Part shown: one piece after another, positions 27,175 to 35,976 of the stretch
Layout: every line of letters begins with the position of its first letter
How positions within the stretch are numbered: the first letter of the stretch is position 1
DNA from: Candidatus Jorgensenbacteria bacterium
Lineage (GTDB): Bacteria > Patescibacteriota > Minisyncoccia > UBA6257 > GWB1-50-10
DNA: 64,000 nt
Direction of reading: 5' to 3'
Assembly (NCBI GenBank): GCA_030648515.1
Contig: JAUSHK010000005.1
Span: forward strand, 48,383 to 112,382
Program-made: the position numbers and the translations under genes
Notes under the pieces: generated by a model
The model's input: the letters and a program-made list of their open reading frames with translations, nothing else
Told to the model about the DNA's origin: nothing
The model's database searches: none

Positions 27175-29292
27175 CTAGGGGCGACTTACTTCTAACAGGG
27201 CAAGCGTGAGTTTTATTATCGTCCTTCCTTCGGGATTTTTATCTTCGTATGTAAAAACAGTATTTCCTGTTTCTTGCCATACATATCCAAGCGGAGCGGA
27301 AATTGTCGCCTGAAATTCATTTTCCACACCAGACTGCTTTTCAAATATAAACTCAAATATGTTTCCAGGCGCGACCACGGCAGAATCAGACTGCGTGGTT
27401 TGATACCGCAACTCAAGGTCTTTTGACTCGCCCGCCAATACTGTGAACCACGTTGCGAAAACGTTTTTGCCGTCCTCAATCATACTCCAAACTTTATGTT
27501 CCGTGAGATATTTCTCCGTTTCTTCAATCGCAAGAAGATCGGGGTTGTGCTTGTAACCGCCTGTTTCGTAATCAAACGAGCTTACCGAGTTCCGATCTAT
27601 ATTCCCCTTCGCGTTCAAAAGCATCGTCTCGGGATTCGTAAAAATCTTGATGTAATCCTGATTCGGCGATTTCCACCACGAATCGGTTTGCGTATCGCCA
27701 GAGTGCGCGCGGGTTACCGTGAGATTCGTGAGCGCGCTGCCGTCGGTGCCGATATCAATCGCCGCGCGCACTGTTTCTTTTACAAACGCGTCGCTTTTCC
27801 CGCCAGCGATGTTTGTATTCACAACAGCGAGGTAACTTCCCCAGAAACTGCTCGGCAACTCATACACCGCACCGCTTAGTCCAGACGAAGCGATGAAACT
27901 TTGGATTTTATCGTCTTTCGCGTACACCATAATGTCTTTTTTCGCGAAGTGCTCCTCAAAACGCGTGAGAAGCGCCTTTTGTTCCGTTTGCGTGAGCGCG
28001 CCCAGGCGTTCAAAGAGAATTGGCGCGAGAATTTTTAAAATCCGCTTCGGGTGCCCTGCTTTATTATCCTTCCCCGCCTCTACCTCACGCTGGATTTCGT
28101 GCAGAAAGTTTTCGCTATCAATAGTTAGCTTATATTCATCAAGCGGAATGGAGCCTGTAACGTCTAGAAGCGTTTCAAGCACGTTAATGTTAATTGCGAC
28201 AGCCGCGTCAAATTTTATACCGCGTTCCTCATACATTTTTGACGACTCAAGAAAACCAAGAACTGTTTTCGCGGACGTCGGGAAATCAAAGAACCAGTTT
28301 GCGTCGCGCGCTTCCCAATCGGTTGTCGTTTTCTGAAGCGGTTTAGGCGGGATAATTTTTGAGAACACCCAGCCGTCGGGGTCGTAAATATCGCGCACAT
28401 CAAGCGAGACCATCTGCCCGCCACGGACCGTTATATCTGCGTAGCTTCCCAAGAAACCTCCGCCTGGTCGTATCTCCGCCGGATTCTGAAACAAGATAGC
28501 AACGTGCGTATCAGTGTCGCGTTTTAAGAGTGCAAGCAAATTATTTAAAAATTCTTCGGCGCCATAGAGCGCCGCGCTGTGCGCTATGTATTGGTTGCCG
28601 ATAAGGCTGTCAATGCCGTCAAAAAGAGAGGCGGTCTGTTTGAGGCTCGCGGTCGTATTTTTAATATCTTGCGTTTTTGCTAGAATCGCGCTGATTGCGT
28701 CGCGCGCTTCCCCGAGACGCGCAAGAAGCGTTGCTCCGTCGCTTTCAAAATATTTGAAGCCGTTTTGTTTTGCGTCCGCGATGATTTGCGAGATTTTAAG
28801 AAGTTCTATATTTAATCCAGTGATTCCCCCAATGAGAGAACCCGAACTTTTGAAAGCCGGGACGACCCACCCCAATGCGGCTGTGAGCGTTTTTCCGCGC
28901 CCATTTTCCAAGAGCGCATCAAGCGTTGCGAGATCCTTGTTATTTTGGGTAAGGCTTTGCTGCGCGGCTTCCGGGTCAAGATTGCTTAACGCCTCAACTG
29001 ATTTTTGAAAATTACCCGATATAGCGGAGCTTGAATTTTTAATTACGTCGCGCGTTTGAACGGCTGTCTTCGCGACAAAAACAAAAAGAATTCCGACCAT
29101 AATAAAGGAGAACGCGCCGATGATTTTTGCCACAGCACCGCTCGTGTTGCGCTTTGGCGCCTGCGGGATGCGGGCAAGGTCAAGCGACGGCGTGCGCATA
29201 ATGCGCTCATAGTTAAGGTCGGGATGCCGCACGTCAAAAAGAACCGGGTCAATGTTTTTCGCGGAAACTTTTCTCTTTATCGGGTGTTCCAT
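27175..29292 (-). CDS. Large membrane-anchored extracytoplasmic protein, DUF4012-like
   Basis: N-terminal TM (IIGAFSFIMVGILFVFVA). Segment LFQNPAEIRPGGGFLGSYADITVRGGQ resembles the DUF4012 signature. Sits at the head of a glycosyltransferase cluster. Confidence 0.5.
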   Translation of the reverse strand: MEHPIKRKVSAKNIDPVLFDVRHPDLNYERIMRTPSLDLARIPQAPKRNTSGAVAKIIGAFSFIMVGILFVFVAKTAVQTRDVIKNSSSAISGNFQKSVEALSNLDPEAAQQSLTQNNKDLATLDALLENGRGKTLTAALGWVVPAFKSSGSLIGGITGLNIELLKISQIIADAKQNGFKYFESDGATLLARLGEARDAISAILAKTQDIKNTTASLKQTASLFDGIDSLIGNQYIAHSAALYGAEEFLNNLLALLKRDTDTHVAILFQNPAEIRPGGGFLGSYADITVRGGQMVSLDVRDIYDPDGWVFSKIIPPKPLQKTTTDWEARDANWFFDFPTSAKTVLGFLESSKMYEERGIKFDAAVAININVLETLLDVTGSIPLDEYKLTIDSENFLHEIQREVEAGKDNKAGHPKRILKILAPILFERLGALTQTEQKALLTRFEEHFAKKDIMVYAKDDKIQSFIASSGLSGAVYELPSSFWGSYLAVVNTNIAGGKSDAFVKETVRAAIDIGTDGSALTNLTVTRAHSGDTQTDSWWKSPNQDYIKIFTNPETMLLNAKGNIDRNSVSSFDYETGGYKHNPDLLAIEETEKYLTEHKVWSMIEDGKNVFATWFTVLAGESKDLELRYQTTQSDSAVVAPGNIFEFIFEKQSGVENEFQATISAPLGYVWQETGNTVFTYEDKNPEGRTIIKLTLALLEVSRP

Positions 29293-29293
29293 G

Positions 29294-30442
29294 TTACAGA
29301 GTTTTAAAAAGATTCAGTACGTCTCTCGCGGTTTTCTCCCACGAGAATCTTTTCGCGTTTTCAAATCCTTTTTCAATATAGCGCGAACGCACTGACGCAT
29401 TTCCAATAACCGCCTCAAGCGCCGCAATCTGCTCGTCTATATTCCACGGATCAACCAACAGCGCGGAATCCCCGAGAACTTCAGGTGTGGACGACCTGTT
29501 TGAGGCAACAACCGGCGCGCCGCACATTTGCGCCTCAAGCGGCGGAAAACCGAACCCTTCAAAAAAAGACGGGTAGAGAAGCGCTTCGCACGCATTATAG
29601 AGGCACGTGAGTTCTTCATAATTTCCGTCGCCCCACAAAACAATATCGTCCTTCGCGCGCGAATCGGTAATCTCTCTAAAAATTGTATCATAGCTCCATC
29701 CTTTCCGCCCCACGAACACTAGTTTTAAATCGTGAAATGCCGGTTTTGATTTCAACACGGAGAACGAACGGATGATGCTCGCGACATTTTTTCGCGGCTC
29801 AAGAACACCTACAAAAAGAATGAACGGCTGTTTGAGGCCGTGCCGCGCGCGGAAATCATCAACGGCTTCTTTGCTTACTTTTTTGTACGCGGGATTTATT
29901 CCCGGATAGATGACGGCAACTTTTTCTTTAGGAACACGCAGGGTTTGCACGATATCGCGCGCGGTGAAATGTGAGACAGTCAGGATTGCGCTCGCTTCGT
30001 CCGCTCCGCGCTTATAACGCTGGAGAACGTGCCACAAGCGCGCGCGCCATGAATAAAACTCGGGGAAATGAAGAAATGAGAGGTCGTGGAATGTGATGAT
30101 TCGTTTTGATTTCCGCGATGTTGAAAGCAAATTGATGTTTGGGCTTAAAACAATATCTGCTTGTGCCTTTCGATCAAGAAATGGGCGATGAAACACGATG
30201 TTTGAAAAATCAAGAAACTTGTTCGGCATCCGCCACGCGAGCCGCGAAGCATTCGTTTTGCTTTCAAACGTTTCCGGAAAAAACGGCTTTCTTAGGCCAT
30301 TTGTAAAAAAGATGTAATGGTTTTCATGGTCCGCCGCGAGGAGATGCTCGGACAAAAGCCGCGTGTATTCCTCTACGCCGGATTTTCTCCCCTTGCCCAG
30401 CACGCGGGCGTCAATCAAGATACGGAGCGGCGTACGGCTCAT
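29294..30442 (-). CDS. Glycosyltransferase family 4 (GT-B, retaining)
   Basis: C-terminal [20 protein letters not shown] (E-x7-E motif). Overlaps the next GT4 gene by 4 nt. Confidence 0.75.
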   Translation of the reverse strand: MSRTPLRILIDARVLGKGRKSGVEEYTRLLSEHLLAADHENHYIFFTNGLRKPFFPETFESKTNASRLAWRMPNKFLDFSNIVFHRPFLDRKAQADIVLSPNINLLSTSRKSKRIITFHDLSFLHFPEFYSWRARLWHVLQRYKRGADEASAILTVSHFTARDIVQTLRVPKEKVAVIYPGINPAYKKVSKEAVDDFRARHGLKQPFILFVGVLEPRKNVASIIRSFSVLKSKPAFHDLKLVFVGRKGWSYDTIFREITDSRAKDDIVLWGDGNYEELTCLYNACEALLYPSFFEGFGFPPLEAQMCGAPVVASNRSSTPEVLGDSALLVDPWNIDEQIAALEAVIGNASVRSRYIEKGFENAKRFSWEKTARDVLNLFKTL

Positions 30443-31563
30443 ACGATATTAGTCGGCTCACTATCAACGCAGAAACCGCACTTCCCGAGTTTCTTAATGA
30501 AATTCTTTTTGAAGTTCTCTTTTGAAAATCTCTGGGCATGGTGCGCGATGTACGTTCTGTCCCATTTTATGCCATCGCTTTCATGTATCGCCCTTATAAC
30601 CGCGTCAGTGGTTTGTTTATCAAACAAAAGTCCCGTGCGGCGCATTTCTACAATCTCTGGGCCACCGCCGACGTTATACGCGATAACCGGCACTCCGCAT
30701 GCTTGCGCTTCGGCCGCGACAAGCCCGAAGTCCTCAATCTGCGGAAAGATAAACGCTTTCGCGTTGCTGTAGAGCCGGCGCAATTCTTCATCCTCCGGAT
30801 GTTTTATAAAAGAAACATAGTTCGGATCCGCAATCTGCTTCAATTTTTCAAATTCGGGACCCATGCCAATAATTTTTAATTTCTTTCGCAGTTTGTTGCA
30901 CGCGAGAATTCCAAGGTCAAACCGCTTGTAATACAGGAGACGTCCCGCCATCATGTAATATTCTTCGCTATTTATTACGTTGCGCTCGGGATAAAACGTT
31001 TTTACGTCAACTGGCGGATATATGACTTCCGCATTGCGCTTATAGTACGCGCGCACTTTTTCACCGATGTATGAGGAGTCCGCAAAAAACACATTTACGC
31101 GCGATGAGCTTTTTACATCCCATGCACGAAGCCATTTCGCAATCGGCCGAATCACCATTTCTTTCAATGGCCACGGCGAGAACGGCAAATCCTTAAGATA
31201 ATCAATTTCCCACGCGTACCGGAGCGGACTCAGGCAATAGCAAACGTGGTACGGCGACTCAACGCGGAATCCTTTTCCATAGCCAGCGGTTGAGGAAATT
31301 ACTAAATCGTATTTTTCTTTTGATTTTAAAAAGCGCGACGCGAGCGGCATAAATGGAATAAACATCCGATGCTTTCGGCGTACGAACGGAATATTTAAAA
31401 AACTGACTTTCTTTATATTGTTTTCAAACTTTCCGAACGTCCGCGCTTTGTCATAGAGTAAAGTATAAATATCCGCTGACGGAAAAATTTCAAGCAGAAC
31501 TTCCAGCACGCGTTCGGCTCCCCCATATTGGTTTAAATAATCATGTAAAATCGCAACGCGCAT
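30439..31563 (-). CDS. Glycosyltransferase family 4 (GT-B)
   Basis: EDFGLVAAEAQACGVPVIAY motif. 374 aa. Confidence 0.75.
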   Translation of the reverse strand: MRVAILHDYLNQYGGAERVLEVLLEIFPSADIYTLLYDKARTFGKFENNIKKVSFLNIPFVRRKHRMFIPFMPLASRFLKSKEKYDLVISSTAGYGKGFRVESPYHVCYCLSPLRYAWEIDYLKDLPFSPWPLKEMVIRPIAKWLRAWDVKSSSRVNVFFADSSYIGEKVRAYYKRNAEVIYPPVDVKTFYPERNVINSEEYYMMAGRLLYYKRFDLGILACNKLRKKLKIIGMGPEFEKLKQIADPNYVSFIKHPEDEELRRLYSNAKAFIFPQIEDFGLVAAEAQACGVPVIAYNVGGGPEIVEMRRTGLLFDKQTTDAVIRAIHESDGIKWDRTYIAHHAQRFSKENFKKNFIKKLGKCGFCVDSEPTNIV

Positions 31564-31677
31564 TGGGATTATTCTATATCTTTCGCCTTTGTAACGCCAA
31601 ATTGAAAAAGAAAAAACCGCCCGGGTGTATTTATCCGAGTGGTTTTGATGTTTTTCTCCTGCAGTTTGTAATAAATC

Positions 31678-31872
31678 TTAGTGAGTTGCTTTTAAGATGC
31701 CGGCAAGAATGAAAAAGAAGCCGACTATCATCCCAAACGCAGGCCATGGAATTTGGAGAGTGTCTGCTGCACAAAATCCTGAAATTATAAGCAAACCTCC
31801 TACTAAAATGAGGGTAGGAAATTTTGTAGAAGATTCTATCTTTCCAATTTTGATTTTCTTTATTCTCACCAT
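31678..31872 (-). CDS. Small 2-TM membrane protein within the glycan operon
   Basis: 64-aa hydrophobic ORF between GT4 and the sugar transferase; the alternative-frame ORF 31631..31903 is less protein-like. Confidence 0.35.
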   Translation of the reverse strand: MVRIKKIKIGKIESSTKFPTLILVGGLLIISGFCAADTLQIPWPAFGMIVGFFFILAGILKATH

Positions 31873-31969
31873 TCGAAGCCTCCTTTGCCAATATTAAGCA
31901 CAAATCTCAGTTTTATTTATTTAAAAATGACTGAGTGAATTGTAGCATCTGTATTACTTTGTGTCAAAC

Positions 31970-32560
31970 CTACACCCCCGTCGGGTCAGAGAAGAAAATC
32001 CAGATAGTTTTGAAGAGAATCTTAATATCCAGCCAGCATGATTTGTGCTCGGCATAATATTCGTCAAATTCAAGCTCTTTGCGGAACGGAAGAGACGAGG
32101 CGCCGTTCACCTGCGAAAGCCCTGTGAGTCCCGCCTTTGTGAAACGGAGGTTTTTAAACTCCAGCGGATAGGCATCAATTTCCTCCGGTTCGTGCGGGCG
32201 CGGGCCGACGAGCGAAAGGTTGCCCATGAGTACATTAAAGAATTGCGGGAACTCATCCAGGCGAAACCTGCGCAGAAACTTCCCTACTTTTGTAAGGCGC
32301 GGGTCATTTTTAATTTTAAAAAGCGGGCCGTCGGTCCGCTCATTCAAATGCGCGAGTTCTTTTTTCTTTTCGCGCGCGTTTTTTACCATCGAGCGGAATT
32401 TATAAACTTTTATAATCTTTCCTTCACTTACCCTATCGAGCGCGACAAAAATCGGAAACCCGGTTTCTAATACAATGGCGAAACCGACAAATGGAGTGAG
32501 TACAATAGTTAAGCAGGTTCCAACTAGCCCGCATATTACATCAATGAGCCGTTTTAACAT
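31970..32560 (-). CDS. Polyprenyl-phosphate sugar phosphotransferase (bacterial sugar transferase, WbaP/PglC-like small form)
   Basis: KFRSM...DGPLFKIKNDPRLTKVGKFLRRFRLDEFPQFFNVLMGNLSLVGPRP is the PF02397 core. Confidence 0.8.
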   Translation of the reverse strand: MLKRLIDVICGLVGTCLTIVLTPFVGFAIVLETGFPIFVALDRVSEGKIIKVYKFRSMVKNAREKKKELAHLNERTDGPLFKIKNDPRLTKVGKFLRRFRLDEFPQFFNVLMGNLSLVGPRPHEPEEIDAYPLEFKNLRFTKAGLTGLSQVNGASSLPFRKELEFDEYYAEHKSCWLDIKILFKTIWIFFSDPTGV

Positions 32561-33231
32561 TACAAAATTACGATAACAAACTCTCCTTTTTCCTTTTCGC
32601 CCTTAAAATGGAGGAGCGCGGATTCAAGCGTTCCACTAAAAATGTCTTCATGGATTTTAGTGAGTTCTCTGCCAACGACTATCGCGTGTTCTTTTCCATA
32701 AACAACCGACAAACTCTCCAGCGCTTTCCTTGCGCGAAACGGGGATTCGTAGAACACGACGGGGCGGGCTTCAATTTCCTTTGTCTTTTTGAAAAACGTT
32801 TCGCGCCCCTTTTTGTGCGGGGCGTATCCTAAAAACGTGAACTCCCCCGCCGAAATTCCAGAAACGGAAAGTATTGAAGTGATTGCTGAAGCGCCCGGGA
32901 TTGGAACAATTAAGATTTTTATATCTTGTTCACGCAGAAATTTAACTAGCTTTGAACCCGGGTCTGAAATTCCCGGCGTGCCGGCGTCCGATACAAATGC
33001 GATGTTTTCGCCATGTACTAGGCGTTCCTTAACTGATTCAAAGAAAGATGCGTTTGCGTATTCATCGCACCGCAGAATTGGCTTTTTGATTTCATAGCGG
33101 TCAAGAAGTTTTTTCGTCACGCGCGTGTCCTCGGCTAAAATAACATTAACGCTTTTAAGCGTTTCAATCGCCCGTATTGAAATATCGCCTAAGTTTCCTA
33201 TCGGCGTCGCAACAATGTATAAAGTGCCCAT
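32560..33231 (-). CDS. rsmI: 16S rRNA (cytidine1402-2'-O)-methyltransferase
   Basis: TPIGNLGDIS and DTRVT N-terminal motifs of the tetrapyrrole-methylase-fold RsmI. 223 aa. Confidence 0.8.
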   Translation of the reverse strand: MGTLYIVATPIGNLGDISIRAIETLKSVNVILAEDTRVTKKLLDRYEIKKPILRCDEYANASFFESVKERLVHGENIAFVSDAGTPGISDPGSKLVKFLREQDIKILIVPIPGASAITSILSVSGISAGEFTFLGYAPHKKGRETFFKKTKEIEARPVVFYESPFRARKALESLSVVYGKEHAIVVGRELTKIHEDIFSGTLESALLHFKGEKEKGEFVIVIL

Positions 33232-33281
33232 AGGAAAAGTATATTGTGTTTTGGATTAAAATAATAGTTCGACTTCGCTCA

Positions 33282-33317
33282 CTATAATAAAAACAGGGCG
33301 GAGATGTTTTTCCGCCC
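33282..33317 (-). terminator. Rho-independent terminator (GGGCGGA-loop-TCCGCCC followed by T-run), copy 1 of 3 related hairpins
   Basis: Minus strand: GGGCGGAAAAACATCTCCGCCC then TGTTTTTATTAT. Immediately after the stop of small ORF 33329..33493. Confidence 0.6.
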
Positions 33318-33328
33318 ATTATCTTTAT

Positions 33329-33493
33329 TTAACCACCACACCTAAATGAGTTTTTTGTGAAATTTACGGTGGTTATATTTCCACAAAACGGAACGCATCT
33401 GAATGTGCCTTTGTTGCCCGAAAATTTCTCTTGTTTATTTTTCGGGACTACCCTCCGAGAACATTCGGGTGGGTTTTTATCTTTTTTCTCCAT
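33329..33493 (-). CDS. Small basic Cys-containing protein, 54 aa (MEKKDKNPPECSRRVVPKNKQEKFSGNKGTFRCVPFCGNITTVNFTKNSFRCGG)
   Basis: Hand-translated, not in the ORF track. Canonical AGGAGG Shine-Dalgarno 6 nt upstream of ATG; own terminator. 4 Cys. Confidence 0.45.
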   Translation of the reverse strand: MEKKDKNPPECSRRVVPKNKQEKFSGNKGTFRCVPFCGNITTVNFTKNSFRCGG

Positions 33494-33572
33494 TTGTTCC
33501 TCCTTCCTGTTTTATTTTTAGATTCCTTATGTTTCTTATATTAATCTAAACTCCAAAATTTCATGTGTCAAT

Positions 33573-33606
33573 TAATAATAAAATGTGGGCGGAGAATATA
33601 TCCGCC
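33573..33606 (-). terminator. Rho-independent terminator (GGGCGGA-loop-TCCGCCC plus T-run), copy 2
   Basis: Minus strand: GGGCGGATATATTCTCCGCCC then ACATTTTATTATTA. Abuts the stop of small ORF 33610..33817. Confidence 0.5.
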
Positions 33607-33609
33607 CAA

Positions 33610-33817
33610 TTTACAGCTCGGAGATTGATGGAACTTCGCGGGGAAGAGGAGGATTTTTGGATATTTCTTTTATGAGCTCAGCCATCCCCGGTGGAAATTT
33701 TCCTCTAAAATTCCTTAAAAAAGCTTTTCTAACACCTTTTCTGCGCGCCGTTTCCGCGGTCTGTGTGTCTTCAGAGAGCCGCGTTGTCGCATTACCACTA
33801 TTCGATTTTGGGCTCAT
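33610..33817 (-). CDS. Small basic hypothetical protein, 68 aa
   Basis: Track ORF 33611..33817. AAGGAGAGG Shine-Dalgarno 5 nt upstream of ATG; own hairpin terminator. Confidence 0.45.
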
Positions 33818-33880
33818 TTTTCCTCTCCTTTTAAATTATTTTCGGTTATTGTGTTCTGCTTTAAGTCTAGCTGTTTGAAC

Positions 33881-33910
33881 AATAAATACAAACCGCCCAC
33901 GAATGGGCGG
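33881..33910 (-). terminator. Rho-independent terminator of rplS (CCGCCCA-TTCG-TGGGCGG plus T-run), copy 3 of the GGGCGG hairpins
   Basis: Minus strand: hairpin directly after the rplS stop, followed by TTTGTATTTATT. Confidence 0.6.
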
Positions 33911-33911
33911 C

Positions 33912-34244
33912 TTATTTTGCCTCTTCTGTTTTCTTTAAACGTTCTCTGGCTTTCTTGCTTGAAAATCCTCTAAGGAAGTAAAGCTTTGCGCGGTGAACTT
34001 TCTTGGGCGAGGAAATAACATCAACTTTTGCGATTGACGGAGAATGAATCGGAAACACTTTTTCAACCCCTATCTCGTCAAGCACTGCGCGGACGGTGAA
34101 CGTGGCGCCGGATTCTTTTCCGTGTTTGCGCGCAAGCACCGTGCCCTCAAATGCCGACAGGCGCTCTTTGTCGCCTTCTTTTACCTTTTCCCAGACGCGG
34201 ACTTTCGCGCCCGGTTTGATTTTTTCCATTATTGTTTGATCCAT
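33912..34244 (-). CDS. rplS: 50S ribosomal protein L19
   Basis: VRVWEKVKEGDKERLSAFEGTVLARKHG and PSIAKVDVI segments are diagnostic for bL19. 110 aa. Confidence 0.85.
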   Translation of the reverse strand: MDQTIMEKIKPGAKVRVWEKVKEGDKERLSAFEGTVLARKHGKESGATFTVRAVLDEIGVEKVFPIHSPSIAKVDVISSPKKVHRAKLYFLRGFSSKKARERLKKTEEAK

Positions 34245-34257
34245 AATTCGTTTTTCA

Positions 34258-34286
34258 AGTTTACCTCGCTTTTCTCAAATCGTCAA
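34258..34286 (-). promoter_or_regulatory. Candidate sigma70-type promoter for rplS (TTGACG-17 nt-TAAACT)
   Basis: Minus strand: -35 TTGACG at 34281-34286, 17-nt spacer, -10 TAAACT at 34258-34263, 13 nt before the ATG. Confidence 0.3.
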
Positions 34287-34366
34287 CCCCGATTAGAAAT
34301 ACCCGCCCCGGGGCAGCTCCGCTGTTTTTATAGAAAGGCGATTTCTAACGGGGCAGGGAAACGCTG

Positions 34367-35092
34367 TTATTTGTTTCGTAAGGTGTTGAGAAAAGACGAC
34401 AATTCATCTGGTAACGCGCTTTCAATCCGCAGGCGCTTGCCGTCAGCTTTTATAAACTCTATCGCCGACGCGTGCAAAAACTGGCGGTTCAGTCCGAACG
34501 GATTATCTCTCGGCCCATACAGCTTATCGCCCACAATTGGATGCTTTATTGACGCAAGATGAACGCGAATCTGGTGAGTCCTCCCTGTTTTTGGCGTAAT
34601 TTTAAGCAATGTTGTTTCTGAGAACTGTTCCATTGGGGAATATTCAGTAACGGCATCTTTTATCATCTTCATATTTCTCGCGTTCACGCTTCGGCGCGTT
34701 GACCCTGAACGGAGCCCGATTGGCTTATTAATTATGCCGTGTCCCTCAATCTTTCCGCGGACAAGCCCGATATATTCCTTTTTAACCTCGTGGTTTTGGA
34801 ATTGTTTCTTTAAAAGATCAAAAAATATCTGCGTGCGGGCAACCACCACAATACCGGACGTTTCTTTGTCCAGCCGGTGCACGATTCCATAGCGCTCCAA
34901 CTCGTCATGGTTTTTGTCCGTGTCTCCAATGTCCAGCACTTCCGGGTACCGTTTAAGAATCCAATCAACAAGCGTTTCCTCGCTTGTATGGGCGTCTTTT
35001 GCAATTCCGCCCCTTGTTTTATGCACTAAAACCCCAGACGGTTTGTTTACAGCAACGAAATCTTTGTCCTCATAGATAACCTTTATTTCCAC
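34367..35092 (-). CDS. RluA-family pseudouridine synthase (RluD-like)
   Basis: VHRLDKETSGIVVVART catalytic-Asp motif. 241 aa. Confidence 0.8.
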   Translation of the reverse strand: MEIKVIYEDKDFVAVNKPSGVLVHKTRGGIAKDAHTSEETLVDWILKRYPEVLDIGDTDKNHDELERYGIVHRLDKETSGIVVVARTQIFFDLLKKQFQNHEVKKEYIGLVRGKIEGHGIINKPIGLRSGSTRRSVNARNMKMIKDAVTEYSPMEQFSETTLLKITPKTGRTHQIRVHLASIKHPIVGDKLYGPRDNPFGLNRQFLHASAIEFIKADGKRLRIESALPDELSSFLNTLRNK

Positions 35093-35224
35093 TGTTTAAG
35101 TATGCACGAAAGTGCGAAAAATGCAATAAAAACGAGGTTTTTAGCCCATTTTCATACCCCCTTGATTTTTCTAGAACTATGTGCTAGTATATGACTATAC
35201 ACCCTTAGGTCCGGGTGTTTTTAT

Positions 35225-35641
35225 ATGGAAACAATTTTACCGGCACTTATTAGTTTTGTTATGGCAATTTCACCGCAGACCGCGGGGATTTCTGCCACAA
35301 CGCAAATCTCAATCCCTATAGTTCAGGCCGCGCAGGAGCGCGTTTCTGCTCCCCGCATTTTTGACGTGTGGGTTACCGCATACTCAAGCTCACAGGATGA
35401 AACCGACAGCACTCCTAATATAACAGCTTCAAACAAAGCGCCACACGACGGCGTGCTTGCCGCAAACTTTCTTAAGCTTGGTGAGAAGGTAAAAATTCCG
35501 TCTCTCTTTGGCGACAAAATTTTTACCGTTGAGGACCGCATGAACAAACGCAAAAAGAACTTTGTTGACATCTGGATGCCAACAAAACAGGACGCGCTTA
35601 AGTTCGGCATCGCGAAAGCGGATATTGTACTTGTAGATTAG
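35225..35641 (+). CDS. Secreted 3D-domain protein (MltA/YuiC-like cell-wall-associated domain)
   Basis: Signal peptide; YSSSQDETDSTPNITASN ... LAAN ... FTVEDRM ... VDIWM pattern with the three conserved Asp. Confidence 0.45.
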   Translation: METILPALISFVMAISPQTAGISATTQISIPIVQAAQERVSAPRIFDVWVTAYSSSQDETDSTPNITASNKAPHDGVLAANFLKLGEKVKIPSLFGDKIFTVEDRMNKRKKNFVDIWMPTKQDALKFGIAKADIVLVD

Positions 35642-35967
35642 CGGTTGTCGCCGTCCCCCGAAATTACGCTTCGCTCTTTGCGAAAGCGTAATTTTTCTAT
35701 ATTCGCATCCCCGATTTCTTCCAAAGACAGATTGAGCTCGCGGGCTAATTGCGAAATGTACCATAACATATCTCCTAGTTCATTCGCGATTGCTTTTTTT
35801 ACTTCTTCATCCAGAATGTTTCCTTTGTCTCTTTGTATTTTCTTTATCTTATTCGCAACTTCCCCGCCTTCTCCTACCAATCCTAGGGTTGGGTAAATAT
35901 AATTGTTTCCGACGTTAGGATATTGCGCCGTTTCGGTCGCTTTTTTCTGATATTCATCAAGAGTCAT
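35638..35967 (-). CDS. MazG-like nucleoside triphosphate pyrophosphohydrolase (small all-alpha NTP-PPase)
   Basis: EVANKIKK...ELGDMLWY with the E..E....(K/R)...E..D metal-binding pattern. 109 aa. Confidence 0.65.
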   Translation of the reverse strand: MTLDEYQKKATETAQYPNVGNNYIYPTLGLVGEGGEVANKIKKIQRDKGNILDEEVKKAIANELGDMLWYISQLARELNLSLEEIGDANIEKLRFRKERSVISGDGDNR

Positions 35968-35976
35968 AAAAAGCGT

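Noticed and set aside
31631-31903. 90-aa alternative-frame ORF overlapping the small membrane ORF 31678..31872
   Set aside because: The 64-aa frame gives a clean two-helix membrane protein. The 90-aa frame is Arg/Ser-rich and not protein-like, and only one can be real.
33240-33920. Three similar GGGCGG hairpins spaced about 290 bp apart. Considered as a possible CRISPR-like array.
   Set aside because: Only three units, with unequal spacing and non-identical loops. Each sits exactly at a gene 3' end with a T-run, so they are terminators, and no cas genes are present.
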